DNA from: the human T2T-CHM13v2.0 reference genome, Homo sapiens
Strand: one strand, 5' to 3'
DNA: 64,000 nt
NCBI RefSeq assembly: GCF_009914755.1
Contig: NC_060930.1
Shown piece after piece: positions 48,900-64,000 of this stretch (its first letter is position 1; every line of letters starts with the position of its first letter). The position numbers and the translations under genes were made by a program. Below the pieces are notes generated by a model. It was given only the letters and a program-made list of their open reading frames with translations. It was not told the origin of the DNA and ran no database searches.

Positions 48900-50140
48900 G
48901 GATCCGGCCAGTGGACCACTGCCAGCCTCCGCCACTGGCCACAGCAGTCCTGGGCCAGGGCACTCCCGTGTGGAGGAAGCGTGGTGGTGAGGTGAAGCCC
49001 TGCCAGGCCCCCCAGCTCGGGCATCCCCCCATCTGCCACACCGCCAACATTCAACCTGCCGGCAACAAAGAGCGGCACGGAGTCCTGTGTGTCCTCCACT
49101 CCTCGAGGAGACCAACTAACTGGCCAGTGGGTGTCAGGTGGATCACAGTGACACCAGGGAAGATGAAGACACTCCATCTTGACAGGAAGTGACTCCTTTT
49201 CTGGGTGTGGGTTTGCCTTTCTTGGCAACAGAGCCTCAGCCAGCACTAGCATCTGCAGGCTGCCGGCACCCTGCATGGCACTGCATTGTGTCCCAGTGGG
49301 TGCATACCCATGGGAACACTGGTCCTGTCACACATCCTACTGCCCAGAAGCTGTTGACCTGATGAGACGGATGGACCAGGCTTGCACGATGCCGCTGGAG
49401 CTGCACTGTGATGTGGGCGCTATCCTCTAAGGTGAGATTTACACTCTGAATCAACAACTACCATGGTGCAGGGTGTGTCTCCAGCAGGTAGAACGCAATG
49501 GTTCAGGAATCAAGGGGTGGAAGTAGGGACGGCCCCACTTCTCACTCCCAGTGGTCCACTTGGAGTTTATGCTCTCCATCTGTGCAACCTGGCCTTGCAT
49601 ATATAGGGGCCCTGGCTTCCAGCAAGAGAGTACTTTTGCCAGAGAACACAGCAAGAGTTCTGGTCACTTTATGTTGCATTGCCAAGGGATTAGCAGGCTA
49701 GAAAGGGAGTTGCCATCCTGGAAGGGGTAACTGACTCTCAGGAGCAGGCAGGGCTGCAGTTATAGAATGGGGTATTTAAATGGGAAGAATGCATTTGGCA
49801 CCCAGGTGGTTCACTGTGGCATCTCTTGGTCCTCCCCTGCCCAATGTTGATAGCAAATCATTCAGTAGTCATGGCTTTAGAATGGCACCCAGGAGCCTGG
49901 ACCCATCAGGGATGATGTCTGTGTCACCCCACCAGGTAAGCCACCTAGAGGTCTTCTCTAAGGGCGAGGGGAATCTAGAATGAGTAGGAGAGAAGGAAGT
50001 CAATGGGAGTCAGCTGCAACTTCAAGACCAGCTGTGGCAGCATGAGCTACATATAGTTTACCCTGCTAACCTTCCATTTGTACATTTCTCCAGTCTCTCT
50101 CATTCCACAAGCAAATGTCTCCAGGCAGTGCAAGGGGCAG
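48900..50140 (+). mobile_element. ERVL-class (HERV16/ERV3-16A3-like) internal region with a degenerate integrase
   Basis: TGSDSFSGCGFAFLGNRASASTSICRL and HWSCHTSYCPEAVDLMRR resemble ERVL integrase TGIDTYSGYGFAFPA..ASA.TTI.GL and HWSYH.P..PEA.GLIER. Confidence 0.7.
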
Positions 50141-50545
50141 ACGACAGCAGATGCTGTGAGGCTGGCCAGACCCCTCCTCCAGGACTGATATCCCTGCTGC
50201 TGGGTATGTCCGCAGCAGACAGCTCTCTGCCAAGTCTCTACCCGGGAAGTGCCCCCAGCTGAAGAAAGCTGCTTCACCCAAAGCCTTTCTTCCTTCTGCG
50301 GGAAGCCCACATCGAAAACCTGGTCTATGCATAGGGATGTAAGGCCTGACCACTCTGTGTCCATGCACAACAACTCAGAAGGCTCATCCAGCTCCAGAGC
50401 TCCTTCTAGGACCTGCTGTGGCAACTGCACGGCAGTTCAGCCTTCCTTCAAACTGCTTCATGCGATTCCCCACAGCATCCTCCAGTACACAGTCTGCACT
50501 CGAATCTCAAGCAGCTCAGGGTTTTCTTCCTGGAAAACATGTACT
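50140..50545 (+). mobile_element. LTR16-like 3' LTR
   Basis: Follows a caagggg PPT-like run; cagctgaaga..ctgc..cacccaa and catccagctccagagctcc motifs. Confidence 0.6.
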
Positions 50546-51087
50546 ATTACAATTCCCTACTAAGTGTTTTTCATATTACAGCCAGAGATCTTTCGAAAGC
50601 ACCCATCTGATGACGTCAATCTTTAAAAAATCTCCAGATGCCTTCTCACTGCCCTAAATCCCAAGCTCCTGCCTGTGGCTGATAAGGCCCTTCATTTCCT
50701 GGCTCCGTCTCCAGCCTAGTCTGTGGCCACAGCCACCATCACTTTATGGCACAGTCAAGGGAGTGTCTTCCACCTCCCTGAACGTGTCATTCATGCTCAT
50801 CTCCAGAACTTTACACACCCTGTCCCTTTGCTTAGGACACCCATAAGTTCCTTCCCTGCCTGAAGAGCTCATCCCTGTAGGTCTCAAATTTCACTTCTTT
50901 CAATGAACAATTCCTCCAACCCCGTGGAGAACTGGCCAGGTCCCACTTTTATGCTTCCAAAGCATCCTGAACACTCTCTCGTGCCTCTTAGCATACAACA
51001 TTTTAATTATTTGTCAAACTGTTTTTCTACTTCACTAGATTACAAACCCTATGAGAACAGTGGCCAAGTCCAAAGTCCAAGTCTATC

Positions 51088-51200
51088 TTTTTTTTTTTTT
51101 TTTTTTTTTGGAGACAGAGTCTTGCACTGTTGCCTGGGCTGGAGTGCAGTGGCAACCTCCACCTCCCAGCTTTAAGCGATTTTCCTGCCTCAGCCTCCCA
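51088..51200 (-). mobile_element. 5'-truncated Alu right arm
   Basis: TSD ccaagtctatcttt. Confidence 0.88.
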
Positions 51201-52373
51201 CCAAGTCTATCTTTAATGTTGTATCCAAAATGCCTAGTACTATGCGTGGTAATAAAAGGTGCTTTATAAATGTGTACTGAGCATCCTTCTTCTTCCTTCT
51301 TTCCACTAATTATAAGAAATTCACAGTTGAAATGAGGTTCAAAGGCACATAATGTAGGAAGTGTAACACAACGTTGCAGCCAAAATTCCACTTATAGATG
51401 TGTTTAAGATTTAAAAAAATGTTAATTCTCAACATTTAAAAATAAAGATATTTAACAAAAACGCATGGATTTTATGCTACTGACATCACAAAATCACACT
51501 GGAAGGCCTGGTACCATTGGGCTCACATTTCTGCTGGGTAAACATGGACCTGAACTGGGGAGCTGTGTAGCAGGTGTCTCCCCAACACCCCACAACAAGC
51601 CATGCCCACTCCAGTTTGCCACAGACCACCCCCACCCGCCCCAGCATGGGGCTATGTGTCATTATGCTTGCAGGCTTTTGTGTTGATGTGTTTTTGTTGT
51701 TCTGTTTGTTTTAATAGGAAAAGCAGAAGAAAATGAAATTTATCTTTGCATCCTTATCAAAATATTGACAGGTCCATGAAGCAGGCTTCAACTCTGCCTC
51801 ACTCATTTAAGGGTTGTGTTGCTGTTGGCATTTGAGTTGGCCATCCCTGGTATTGTGTTTGACAAGCCAACAACAGCCCACTCATCCCCCTCTTTCAAAA
51901 GGCAGAGTGACCAGTAAGAACAATGGAAGCGCATTTCTGCTTCACTGGGACTGGAGTGGTCATCAGTGCTGGCTGGTGCAGCTCCCAAAGACCTGGGTAA
52001 AATAATGGTCTGGGGCTTGTCAACTCTATGCCCCTGGGTGGCCACTCTCCCTCCCTCTCCCTTGCCTATGGACAAAATCTATCACAAAAACTTGAGATAA
52101 GCCTCAGAATAAGATGGTGTACGTGAAAGTGCTTTGTAATCAAGCACGATACAAGTGCATATCCCAAGCAAATTATTATATTTATCCCAAGCAAATGGTG
52201 GGTTTATTTTTCTAATTTAGGAGGCAGATGGAAGGAACTGAGGTTTACTGTGGAAATCTAATTTTCTTTTATGATTCAAAAGATTACTGAGACATAATCC
52301 AGCCCTGAAGCTACTGTCTATTCTTTTCCTGTACTTACCCAGCTTCATGGTAGGGAGGGAGGTGTGTGGATGA

Positions 52374-52831
<458 letters not shown>

Positions 52832-54039
52832 AGCCCAGACTTTTTGTGAAGATACAGAGAAACGATATTTCAAGTGACGAATGTATCAGAATGTACAGTT
52901 GTCTGAAAGCTTACAGGATGTAGTGGGGAGGGCAGATGGCTTCTGGGAGGAGGTAACATGATCTGGGCCTAGAATGTTGAGCAGGAGGCATGGTTGGTAG
53001 GCAGGCATGGGCACATTCCCCTCAGACACTGTAGATCTATTAGAGAGAGCAGTTGCTGATCCCCAACTACTTAGGTAAAGTATAGCCACTGAAATTGATC
53101 TCTTCTGCGGCTTTAGAGAGCACCACTAAAAATCTGGAAGTCTCAGTCTGCACTCCTGCTGAATAGGGAGAGGAACATCAACTACCTAGAACCAGTTTAT
53201 GTGGCTTTTGCAAGAGCAAGTGTGTAGTTATTAGCAAGCCTCCAGGGGCAATACGCGGAAGGAACTGGAACACGGGGAGGAGAACAAGCAGGGAAAAACA
53301 AGGAAAGCAAACGGGACTGGACTCTCGTTAGTCTGTGATGGATTGATCTTCTGTCACTGCTTTCCCAAACTCCCAGCAGTTTCAACGTAAAGCTTGTTCA
53401 ATATTTTAAAACCAATTTAAAGCCAATTTTTGAGTTTGCTTTAAAGAATTATTGCATTAATCAAAAAATACATTAAGTTTTAGGTCCAACAGTCTAACTG
53501 ATAGGAAAAGCTGATTGGGACTCAAGAGAAATGGGCTCTCCTGGCTGGAGCATGTAATGTGCAAGAACAGAAACCAATCAATGCTAAAGGGAAGAACAGC
53601 AGAAACGAGTCACAAATGGCTCAAAGCAAAGAACCCTGCAACTGAATGGAATTGAAAGAAAGTGTGAAGAGGGCTGATGAGGGTATTTAGTTATTATTAG
53701 CAAAATTCAGATGTGAGAACACATCTAAAGCCTTCGGTTCCAAGGGAGGCTGCAATTGGGCTTTCATTGTGAGATGTGTAGAGTGTCATCCTTTCAAAGA
53801 TTTCAGGTCAATGAAACTGCAGAGGTCATCCTCCTGGAGACCATGCTGCTTGAGAGAAATGTAGGGAACAGAAAATAAGCCAGCTCTATGAAAATAAAAG
53901 CCCTTCATTCTGTTATCAAATCGAATTGGGTCATGAAATTTGAAGAAATAGCTTGTTTGGTTCGTGCCTTCCCACATCCAAAAGCAGCTATGGTTGAAAT
54001 AAGGAAACTTGGGAAGATTGGTAAATTCGCTCATAGAGA

Positions 54040-54508
54040 AGGTGCTGGTAATTCTGTATTCTTTCCCCTCTCTGCTTTGCATCTGGAAGGCTGGCTCCCA
54101 TGGGCTGTGCCCCTAGGATCCCTTGTGTCTGGCTTCGGTGGGGTATGGCCCATGGGAGACATTAGCAAGAGATCGGATGGCAGGAGGCAGGAGGCAAGAT
54201 GTCCATGCTCACTCCCTTCCTGTGTGGGGCTACTTCCAGGCAACGCTGGATGCTCCGTGATGACACCTCCTGTCATGAGGCCCCTTCTCCATGGCTGCAG
54301 CTCATGGGGTTCATGGGACTCTTCCTCCCCCTGCCTTTACAGGCCTGGGGTGGTCATGGCTCCCCAGTGATGCTCGCTCTGAGGCCCTCAGCCCTGTGAT
54401 GGTTCCTGTGTCCCCAGCCCGCCTCTGCAGGTCATCCCTTTCATTAACATCTCCTCCTGTGCCCATCTGGGTTGGCTTCTCTCTCCCGAGGGACCCTGAC
54501 CGAATCAG
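54040..54508 (+). mobile_element. LTR33-like ERVL LTR
   Basis: gccccttctccatggctgcagctc...aggcctggggtgg...ggaccctgac end. Confidence 0.55.
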
Positions 54509-54936
54509 AGACGTAGGAAAACATGGCAGCAAAGACCCCAATTAGTTGCTTTCCGTTGTCTGGCAACTGTTCACCAGCAGACATCTTTTTAGTTTGGCTG
54601 GTTGGTTTGCTTTGTTTTCAAATAAGAGGAATTGGAGGCTGGCCCTGTGATCAGGAACCAGAAGCAGGAAGAGCCTCATCTCCTGGGGGGGTCTAACTGC
54701 AGGGCTGCTTCATCCTGAGTTCTTTCTGGGATGACCCTGATGTGGATTAACTATACCTCCTCAGAATTCCTATCATGTCAGTTGCTTGTGCAACCTCTGT
54801 GGCATCTATTGAAGCCGTAGAAACTCCATGGGAGCAGGGACGTTGTCTTACTCTTTGTCCCGAGGGCCTAGAACCATGCCTAACATATTACGGGTGTTTA
54901 ATGCATATTTGTTGAATGAATGAAATAATGTCTCAT

Positions 54937-55211
54937 GGGGCGCAGTGGCTCACGCCTGTCATCTCAGTACTTTGGGAGGCTTGCTTGAGCTCAGGAGTTC
55001 AAGACCCCAGCCTGGGCAACATGCTGAAACCCTGTCTCTACAAAAAATACAAAAAGTAGCCTGGTGTGGTGGCATGTGCCTGCAGTTCCAGTTACTTGGG
55101 AGGCTGAGGTGGCAGGGTTGCCTGAGCCAAGGATAAGGAGTCTGCAGTGAGCCAAGATCATACCACTGCACCCCAGCCTGGGCAACACAGTGAGACCCTG
55201 GTTCAAAAAAA
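54937..55211 (+). mobile_element. AluJ
   Basis: TSD atgaaataatgtctc. Confidence 0.9.
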
Positions 55212-55220
55212 ATGAAATAA

Positions 55221-55889
<669 letters not shown>

Positions 55890-57341
55890 GGGAAATATAC
55901 TTTTCAATGCATTTTTCTAGAGAGTCTAGCAGCTGCTTGACCCACCCAAATGCTCAACTTAATGTCTGCTAATTGACACTATTTGCAGACACAGTTCCCC
56001 CGATGCTGGACATCTATGGTTTAGGTCATCTCTAACTTTCTTTTTCCTATTTTTCTGAATCCAATATTAAGGTTTTAACAATTTAAAAACATTTAATTTG
56101 GGCTACCTTAATCTTTAACACCAAGGCTGGATGGTTCCTCTTGACTGAAGAATGAATGGGATTAGAGGGAGGGTCAGGCGCCTGGATGGCTTTAGGTTAA
56201 GCAATGCTCTTCTTTCCCTTACAGCTACTGTTTCCAAATAAATACTGTAGATGCCAGAGTATCACTTTGTGGAAGCCTCTGCCATGTTTGCAGTCTCAGA
56301 GCATATGGATGTAAATTGCTAGACTAACTCCGTTTCCCAGAGCCTCAGGTATACCCGCCTCCATTACAGCGGTCCTGAGGCAGGGGTCTCTGGGCCATTA
56401 TTGCTTTTGCTGTCAGTACCTGGTAAGCTCGCGTTTGAATGTCCCTGAGCTAAAATAAAATTAACAGAAAGAGCATTTGCTGCCTGGGCTATGGAAATGG
56501 CAACTCAGTCCTAAATCCACTCATATGCTCATGGCTGGCAATTTAGGAGCAGACGAGAAGACCCAAATTCACCAGTTCTATTTATTTAGTTATGCTAATA
56601 TTGGATAAACTCATCTGCAGAATTCCATATAGGGATACACTTATTCATGCTCTGATTTTAGAGCATTCAGATCTTTAACATTCTCTATTGTAAAATCAAA
56701 ATATTCTGGGATTTCTATGTCTGTTTACTAGGTTCCTATCAGTACAATGACTAAAGGATTTATTTGCAAAGATTTGGTGTTTAAACCCTTGTTAACATCT
56801 ACATTGGGAGAAAAATAATGAGCAAATTCATCTACTGTGATGACGTTTTTACTCTTTTTCCCTGAAGGTTTGGTTGATCCTAATTAATAAATAAAATAAA
56901 ATGCATTTGCACTTTCCTAAGACTGAGATAGCACCTTAGAGAGTGAGGCTCGGCCAACACATTCTTTACTTAATGAGGACTGAAACACCAGTTAGCATAG
57001 GGCATGATGCTGCTAAAGGACAATGATATCCTTACATAATGTCATCTTTCTGTACATGCCACTCACAGAGGTATTTTCACCAGAGATTCTAAACTAGGGC
57101 ATTAAAAACATTGAAGTAGACTTAGTATGGATTTCTCTGATTTAGACACTGTTAAGTTGTTTTATTTCCCCTCTAAGGACTCCTTTGAAAATGCTCACAT
57201 GCCTTGTCCCTGTTCCATATCTGCCCAGGGAAAAGCTATTTTGGACATGCCCCAAGTGGCCACTGGGAAGTCTACACTGTGCCCCAAGGAGGGGAGTCAT
57301 TCTGGGAGAAGCCACGGCCCCATTCCCATGGCTGTCAGCTA

Positions 57342-57560
<219 letters not shown>

Positions 57561-57811
57561 TTAATTAGGGACATTAGGTTGCATTTGGCAATAACACATT
57601 TTTCCTTTTCCAAATTCATTATATTCATTCCTCTGGCTTGTGCAACAGTTTCTGTATAAAAATACTTTTTTTGCAAAGAGAAATCAAGTTATGTTTTGAT
57701 GGGATTGTTCACTCTTTACTCAAGAGTGTTCCAAGCACCATAGCAGGGCTACAGAGATGATGGGTCACATTTCCTTCCCTCAAGATGTTTCCAGTCTAGT
57801 GGAAGACACAG

Positions 57812-58189
57812 TGATATGGTTTGGCTGTGTCCCCACCCAAATCTCATCTTGAATTGTAGTTCCCATAATCCCCATGTGTCATGGGAAAGACCTGGTGGGA
57901 GGTAATTGAATCATGGGGATGATTTCTCCCATGCTATTCTTGTGATAGTGAGTGAGTTCTCACGAGATCTGACGGTTTTACAATGGGCTTCCCCCTTCGC
58001 TCAGCTCTCATTCTTCTCCTTCCTGCCACCATGTGAAGAAGGATGTGTTTGCTTCCCCTTCCACCATGATTGTGAATTTCCTGAGGCCTACTCAGCCCTG
58101 CACAAATGTGAATCAATTGAACCTCTTTCCTTTATAAATTATCCAGTCTCGGGTATGTCCTTATAGCAGTGTGAGAACAGACTAATACA
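57812..58189 (+). mobile_element. THE1 (THE1D-like) MaLR solo LTR, 378 bp
   Basis: tgatatggtttggctgtgtcccc...actaataca; perfect 5-bp TSD cacag. Confidence 0.9.
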
Positions 58190-58379
58190 CACAGTAATGC
58201 AAATAAATACCCACAGCAAAGTTTAATTGGTATTAGAATGTAAGGAAAAAACTTCATTCAAGACATTCCCTTTAATATTTGTTTACATTCAATATTTGTT
58301 TGCATTCACAGAAGATTTATATGCCCATGTCAGTGGACTTACTTTCGTATTAAAAGCCTATTATGGAAAAAGAAATGGG

Positions 58380-58575
58380 TGGCTATGGGCTGAACCGTGC
58401 CCCCACATAATGGATAGGTGGAAGCAGGACCTCAGAAAGTAACTGTATTTGGAGACAGGGCCTTTAAAGTGGTAAAGGGAAGATGAGGTTGTTAGGGGAG
58501 GCCTTCTTCAATCTGACTGGTGTCCTTACAAGATGAGGAGATTAGGACAGAGACACACGGACTGAGAGATGATGA
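58380..58575 (+). mobile_element. MLT1B/C-like LTR fragment
   Basis: tatttggagacagggcctttaaag...ctgactggtgtccttacaaga. Confidence 0.65.
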
Positions 58576-59234
58576 GCAGCATTCACCATGGGACTGAAGA
58601 CGCCCAAGGAACCAATGCCCTCTACCCGCCATCGTACAAAGAAGAAAGCTGGAAGAGTGAATGCCAGAGAGGCTCGTTTAGGGCTGTCTGTCTGGGATCC
58701 ATGGACCTCTCCTGAAAGCACGTCCCATTCTCATCGCCACCAGCCATGCTCTGAAGTTACTGTCACGGTTGAGTTGTGGATCAGCAGTGGAACACACCAG
58801 ACTGGAGTCATCATCCCATCCCCTGCCACCTGAAACACCTTGGGAAAGCCACCTTGGTTTCTGTGCCTTGGTTTCCACCTTGGAAATGCTAGGATAACAG
58901 CGATAGCTTTCTCATATGACCCCTGGGAGAGGTAGTGAGATAGCACATGCTGAGTGGCTACAATCACAGCATACAATGTGTTCTAAACTTTAAGGAGATA
59001 AGAACAACAGGGACTATTTTGCCCCTACTCCATTTCATAGGAAGGAGTTTCCTCACCAGAAAACTGGTTTCTTTCAATGGAACTTTCTTTAATAAGTTGT
59101 AGGCAACATCTCCCACAGCAGAAACTGTATTCAGAGAAGGCATTTCAGCAGAGGAGAGAGTGCCATCCACAAGTATGGTGTGTGGATGATGGTGGTGGTC
59201 TTAGAGCATAGAGGCAAACTGACAGTATCCTCTT

Positions 59235-59612
59235 TCCCTTGAGAGGTGGGCTTTATGTCTCTTCTGCTGACAGCCAGATGTGTTGAGTACTTGACTCCTA
59301 GAATATGGTAGAAATGATGGTGTACCACTTTCTAGGCCCAGGCCTCAAGAAACCAGAAGCTTCCATTTCCTGTTGGGACACTTGCTCTTGAAGCCCAGCT
59401 GCCATATGGTAAGGAAGCTCAACAGCCCATGGGAGCCCCACATGGAGAAGAGCTGCGGCCTCAGCCGCAACAATAGCCCTGTCTGAGCTTTTAGTAGACA
59501 GCCAGCACCAACTTGCCAGCTATGTGACTGGGTCATATTCCAAGTAGACTGTTGTTATTTGAAATCATTAAAGTTTAGGGTGGTTTTTACACAGCAATAA
59601 ATAACTGATACA
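59235..59612 (+). mobile_element. MLT1F/G/H-like LTR
   Basis: Ends ttttacacagcaataaataactgataca. Confidence 0.7.
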
Positions 59613-61006
59613 GTAATAAATAAGAATATAATATGCTGAAAGTAGTGTCTGGAAGATTCAAAAATTTACAGAGACTTACAAGTTCTCAAACTAATATTTT
59701 ATAGTATAAGTTAGGAATTTAGCCTAATTTTGCTTAAGACAGGACTGATTTGAATTGAAAAACAAAAATAATAGAAACCAGGATATAAAACCAACTCTAT
59801 CCCAAAATATACCATAATTCCTCCTTGCCTCAAAAAAGAATGGCTTTTACTCAACACTATTTTTCCTTCATGTTGTCTTCACCATGTGAACAGAGTTTTC
59901 TCCTTTCCTACGTCCAATTTCTTGTTTTAAAAGTTCATCTGAAAAGTATTTTAATCTCAGGACATCAGAAACAAAAAGGAAAAGCATTTTATAAGGAAAC
60001 AATCTCTTCAGAGATATGCCACAATTGATCTTCAAGCCATCACTTTTAGCATATTATATTCTTATTTCTTCTCACAGCAGAGAGACTGAACTCAAATTTA
60101 GTGAAATGTAAACTTTATTTAAAGGTTGGTGGGACAGCGTGTGTGCATCAGAACGTCCTTACACAAATCACCAACATTACCTGGTTTCAGCTTCTGACAT
60201 CTTATTTTCTCTGAACTAAAAGCGAATTCACTGAATAGTGAGTTGAGTTCTAGGATTTTCTCCTATTTTTAAAAACATTTATCTGTTAATACTTGGGTCT
60301 GCCTCACACTCATTCCTCTGCTCTTACATGCTTTGTTGGAAAAATGTGGACGGGAGGCCCAATCATGGAGAACTGGCAATGGGGTCTCAGCCCACTGCTT
60401 TCTAGAGAAGCAAATCTTATCTGTTGGTGTGAAAGGGAAAACCGTTCACATCTTATTAGCTCGTGGATGAGATATAAAATCAGTTTCATGGTAGAGGAAC
60501 ACCCTGGAGGCTGATCAGTTTGTCAGAATAAATAGGCTTTTCCTGACACAAAGACATTAAATTCCCTTTCACACCAGTACTACAAAGAATGGACTATTGA
60601 GAAATAAGAGAAAGGGAAGAGCATATCAAATGAAAGCCTCCCCACTTTAGCATGGCAAAAGGCAAGCAAATGCTGCAGGAATATTCCGGTGATGACTTCA
60701 CAGGGAGGCACTGGCTAATTTGCTTCTATTCAAAGTATAATTTAAATTTAGATCTATCATGCAGTGGTCCTTCCCAATTAAGTAACATGAATCTGTCTCA
60801 TGTGCAATGTAGAAGGTCTGATTTGATCTTGAAAATGTTTGGGTTTTCAATTACATTATCCAGGACTCAAGACTCTCAACCTTCAGTTCTCACACTACGC
60901 ACCAGAGTGCCCTGCGGTACTGTAACAAACTCACAGGGGTGCCTGGGATATTCTAGAATTTTAAGTAAAACACAGCATGGCTATTGAACACTATGTGATT
61001 TATTAA

Positions 61007-61450
<444 letters not shown>

Positions 61451-62236
61451 AAGACGTGATTATTTTTAAGAATAAAATAAAGCTAATTTTTCCTTCCATT
61501 TGTGTGAATTATCATTTCAGATAACTATTAAGTCGTTATGACATTAATTCTTACTATGCTACGTGGTACAAAACCTTTCATAACCACAACTGTTAGGCAT
61601 TTCTTTTGGCCTAGAAATACCGTGAAAAATGTACTGAACCGCTAAGGGCATGGGGAACAGAATTCTGGGGAACTCTGGGTTAGGCAGATACAAAACTCCT
61701 TCTTAAGACAGTGTTCGGGCCAGTTTGCAAACACTTCCCATGGCATAGCTGTTTCTAGAGAAAAAGCTTGCCGGGGAAGAAAGCAGACCTAGCTCCAACA
61801 TTTTCACATCCATTCTGCTGAGCTGCATGTCTCATATCTGGGGCGCCTGGATCCTTCTTTAACCAACCATGTAGAAGGCTGAAATTTACCCAGGGATTTG
61901 CTATTACTTAAAAATGGTCTTACATTTGCTGAGGCTCCCTTAAGCTGCATAATACCTCTCCAAACCTTATGAGTCAACATTAACCGAATGGAAGTTAGTA
62001 TACCAGGAAACATGGAGTCCTGTTTATACCGTATACATTTTCAGGATTGTCTTCTCTTGTGGTGGATCTAACAAATGTGATCCATTTCCGTAGAGTTGTT
62101 TTTTTTTTTCGAGAAATTTTAAATGTCTTTAAACAATCATAAAATAATACATACTTATTTCATTGGCTCTCTAAAGTCTATTCCCTTATAGATTTGGTTA
62201 GAAGGCAATCAAACACATGGACTGTATTATAGTCCC

Positions 62237-62755
62237 TGTGACGAGAGTTTATGTATTAACTTGGCTAGGCTATGGTCCTCAGTTACTCAAGCAGACACTA
62301 ATCTTGGTGTTTCTGTGAAGCTTTCTTGTAGATGTGACTAGGATCTATAATCAGTTTATTTTAAGTAAGAGAGATTATCCTAGATAACCTGAAGGGGGCT
62401 GATTCAATCTGTGGAAAGGCCTAAGAGCATAACTGAGCCTTCCCTGAGGAAGAAGAGATTTCACCTGTGGACAGCAGCGTCAGGCTGTGCTCAAGAGTTC
62501 CAGCCTGCCCTTCCTGATGGCCACTCTGTGGATTTAGGAGGTGCCTACCCAGCCCTGAAACCGTGTAAGCCACTTCCTTCCAGTAAATCTCTCCATATAT
62601 CTGTGTATACACAGATATATAGATACAATGTGTGCCTGCATGTATATATATGTAGGGATATACACATATATATGCATATATGTGTGTATGTGTATGTATA
62701 TTTGATATAAGCATCCTGCTGGTCTGGTCTCTCTGGTGAAGCTCTGGCTGATAAA
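62237..62755 (+). mobile_element. MLT2 (ERVL) LTR
   Basis: ttttatgtattaacttggctaggctatgg... with an internal TA/TG tract. Confidence 0.75.
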
Positions 62756-62773
62756 GCTCCTATAGAAACAAAT

Positions 62774-63127
<354 letters not shown>

Positions 63128-63166
63128 TTAAACTTTCCCTGTTATTTGCAAAATTATAGTTCAAAC

Positions 63167-63215
63167 CTCTCTCTCTCTCTCTCTCTCTCTCTCGCTATAT
63201 ATATATACATATATA
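63167..63215. repeat. (CT)n(TA)n compound microsatellite
   Basis: Seen directly. Confidence 0.9.
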
Positions 63216-64000
63216 AATTCCAGGTAGCCATATGGCAAATTCCTCTCAGAATTCAACACCAGGAGAAAGTTCACCACTTCCAACAGTGTGGTGGTTTCCT
63301 TTCATTTGACAATAAACATGGTCACCTAATACATTCTCCTTGGTATGTTTTCAAGCTTGAGAGCTTGGTGCCACACTTTTAACTTAATTCTAGTCATCAG
63401 CTTATCCTAAATGCCTAAAAGGAGGTATAGAATAAAAAAAAAAAGATTTAATAGAGGCTAAATTCAATAAGCCAATTTTTTTCTATTGCATAATAGCTAA
63501 ACTATTCTTAACATTGAAGTCATATTTTTGTCTTGCAACTAATATGTGTTGAGTATTTACTTTTAGGATGAGTAAAATCTTGGCCCTAGGCAACATATAA
63601 AAGAATAGCACATTTTAATCTGTGAAATCGTGTACTAGATCTTTACATGTTTAAATACCAGATGTAGATTAGTGTTTAGAAGTGAACCCTTTGAGGTAGA
63701 GAGACCCGGAGTCTGAGGCCTCTTGGATCATTTATTATCTGTGTGATCCCAACATCTCTTTGCTTGAGCTTTTTTGCATCTACAAAGAAGAAATAATAAG
63801 ATAAAGAATATTTAACACAGTTTCTGGTACACAGTAAACACAACAACACAACAAATAGTTTTCTCCATGGGGCTATGATGTTTAACAAGTGGTAAGAGTC
63901 TGTAGAAAAATAAGAGGGTAGTAAGCGCCTTGTTAATTAAAGCAGTTCCCAGTATACTGATAATAATGACTGTTATGTGAATCTCGGGTAAAACTGACAC

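Overview
Human (primate) genomic DNA carrying the 3' end of PRKN (parkin/PARK2, 6q26, within common fragile site FRA6E) on the minus strand. Coding exons: exon 10 (57539-57456, 84 nt), exon 11 (30699-30582, 118 nt) and exon 12 (coding 20705-20593). A ~2.7 kb 3'UTR ends near an AATAAA at 17923-17928. Positions 1-17900 are downstream intergenic DNA, dominated by a decayed MER4-group ERV1 (with an inverted second copy and a nested LTR10C-like solo LTR). The introns hold ~30 Alus, MaLR/MER21/MER57/LTR16/LTR33 LTRs, an ERVL integrase fossil, L1/L2/MIR fragments and several minisatellites. Almost all ORFs in the supplied track are Alu-, repeat- or low-complexity-derived noise. I found no evidence for a new gene or a new multi-gene system. 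The best leads are structural and regulatory: a 626-bp pure-AT hairpin-forming minisatellite just upstream of the catalytic exon 12, a candidate intronic polyadenylation isoform after exon 10 lacking REP-RING2, NMD-escaping frameshifted frames in exon 12, a twin-priming-type inverted Alu, and a strong CTCF motif within a tandem-repeat cluster in intron 10. Repeat family names come from recalled consensus sequences and need RepeatMasker/Dfam confirmation.
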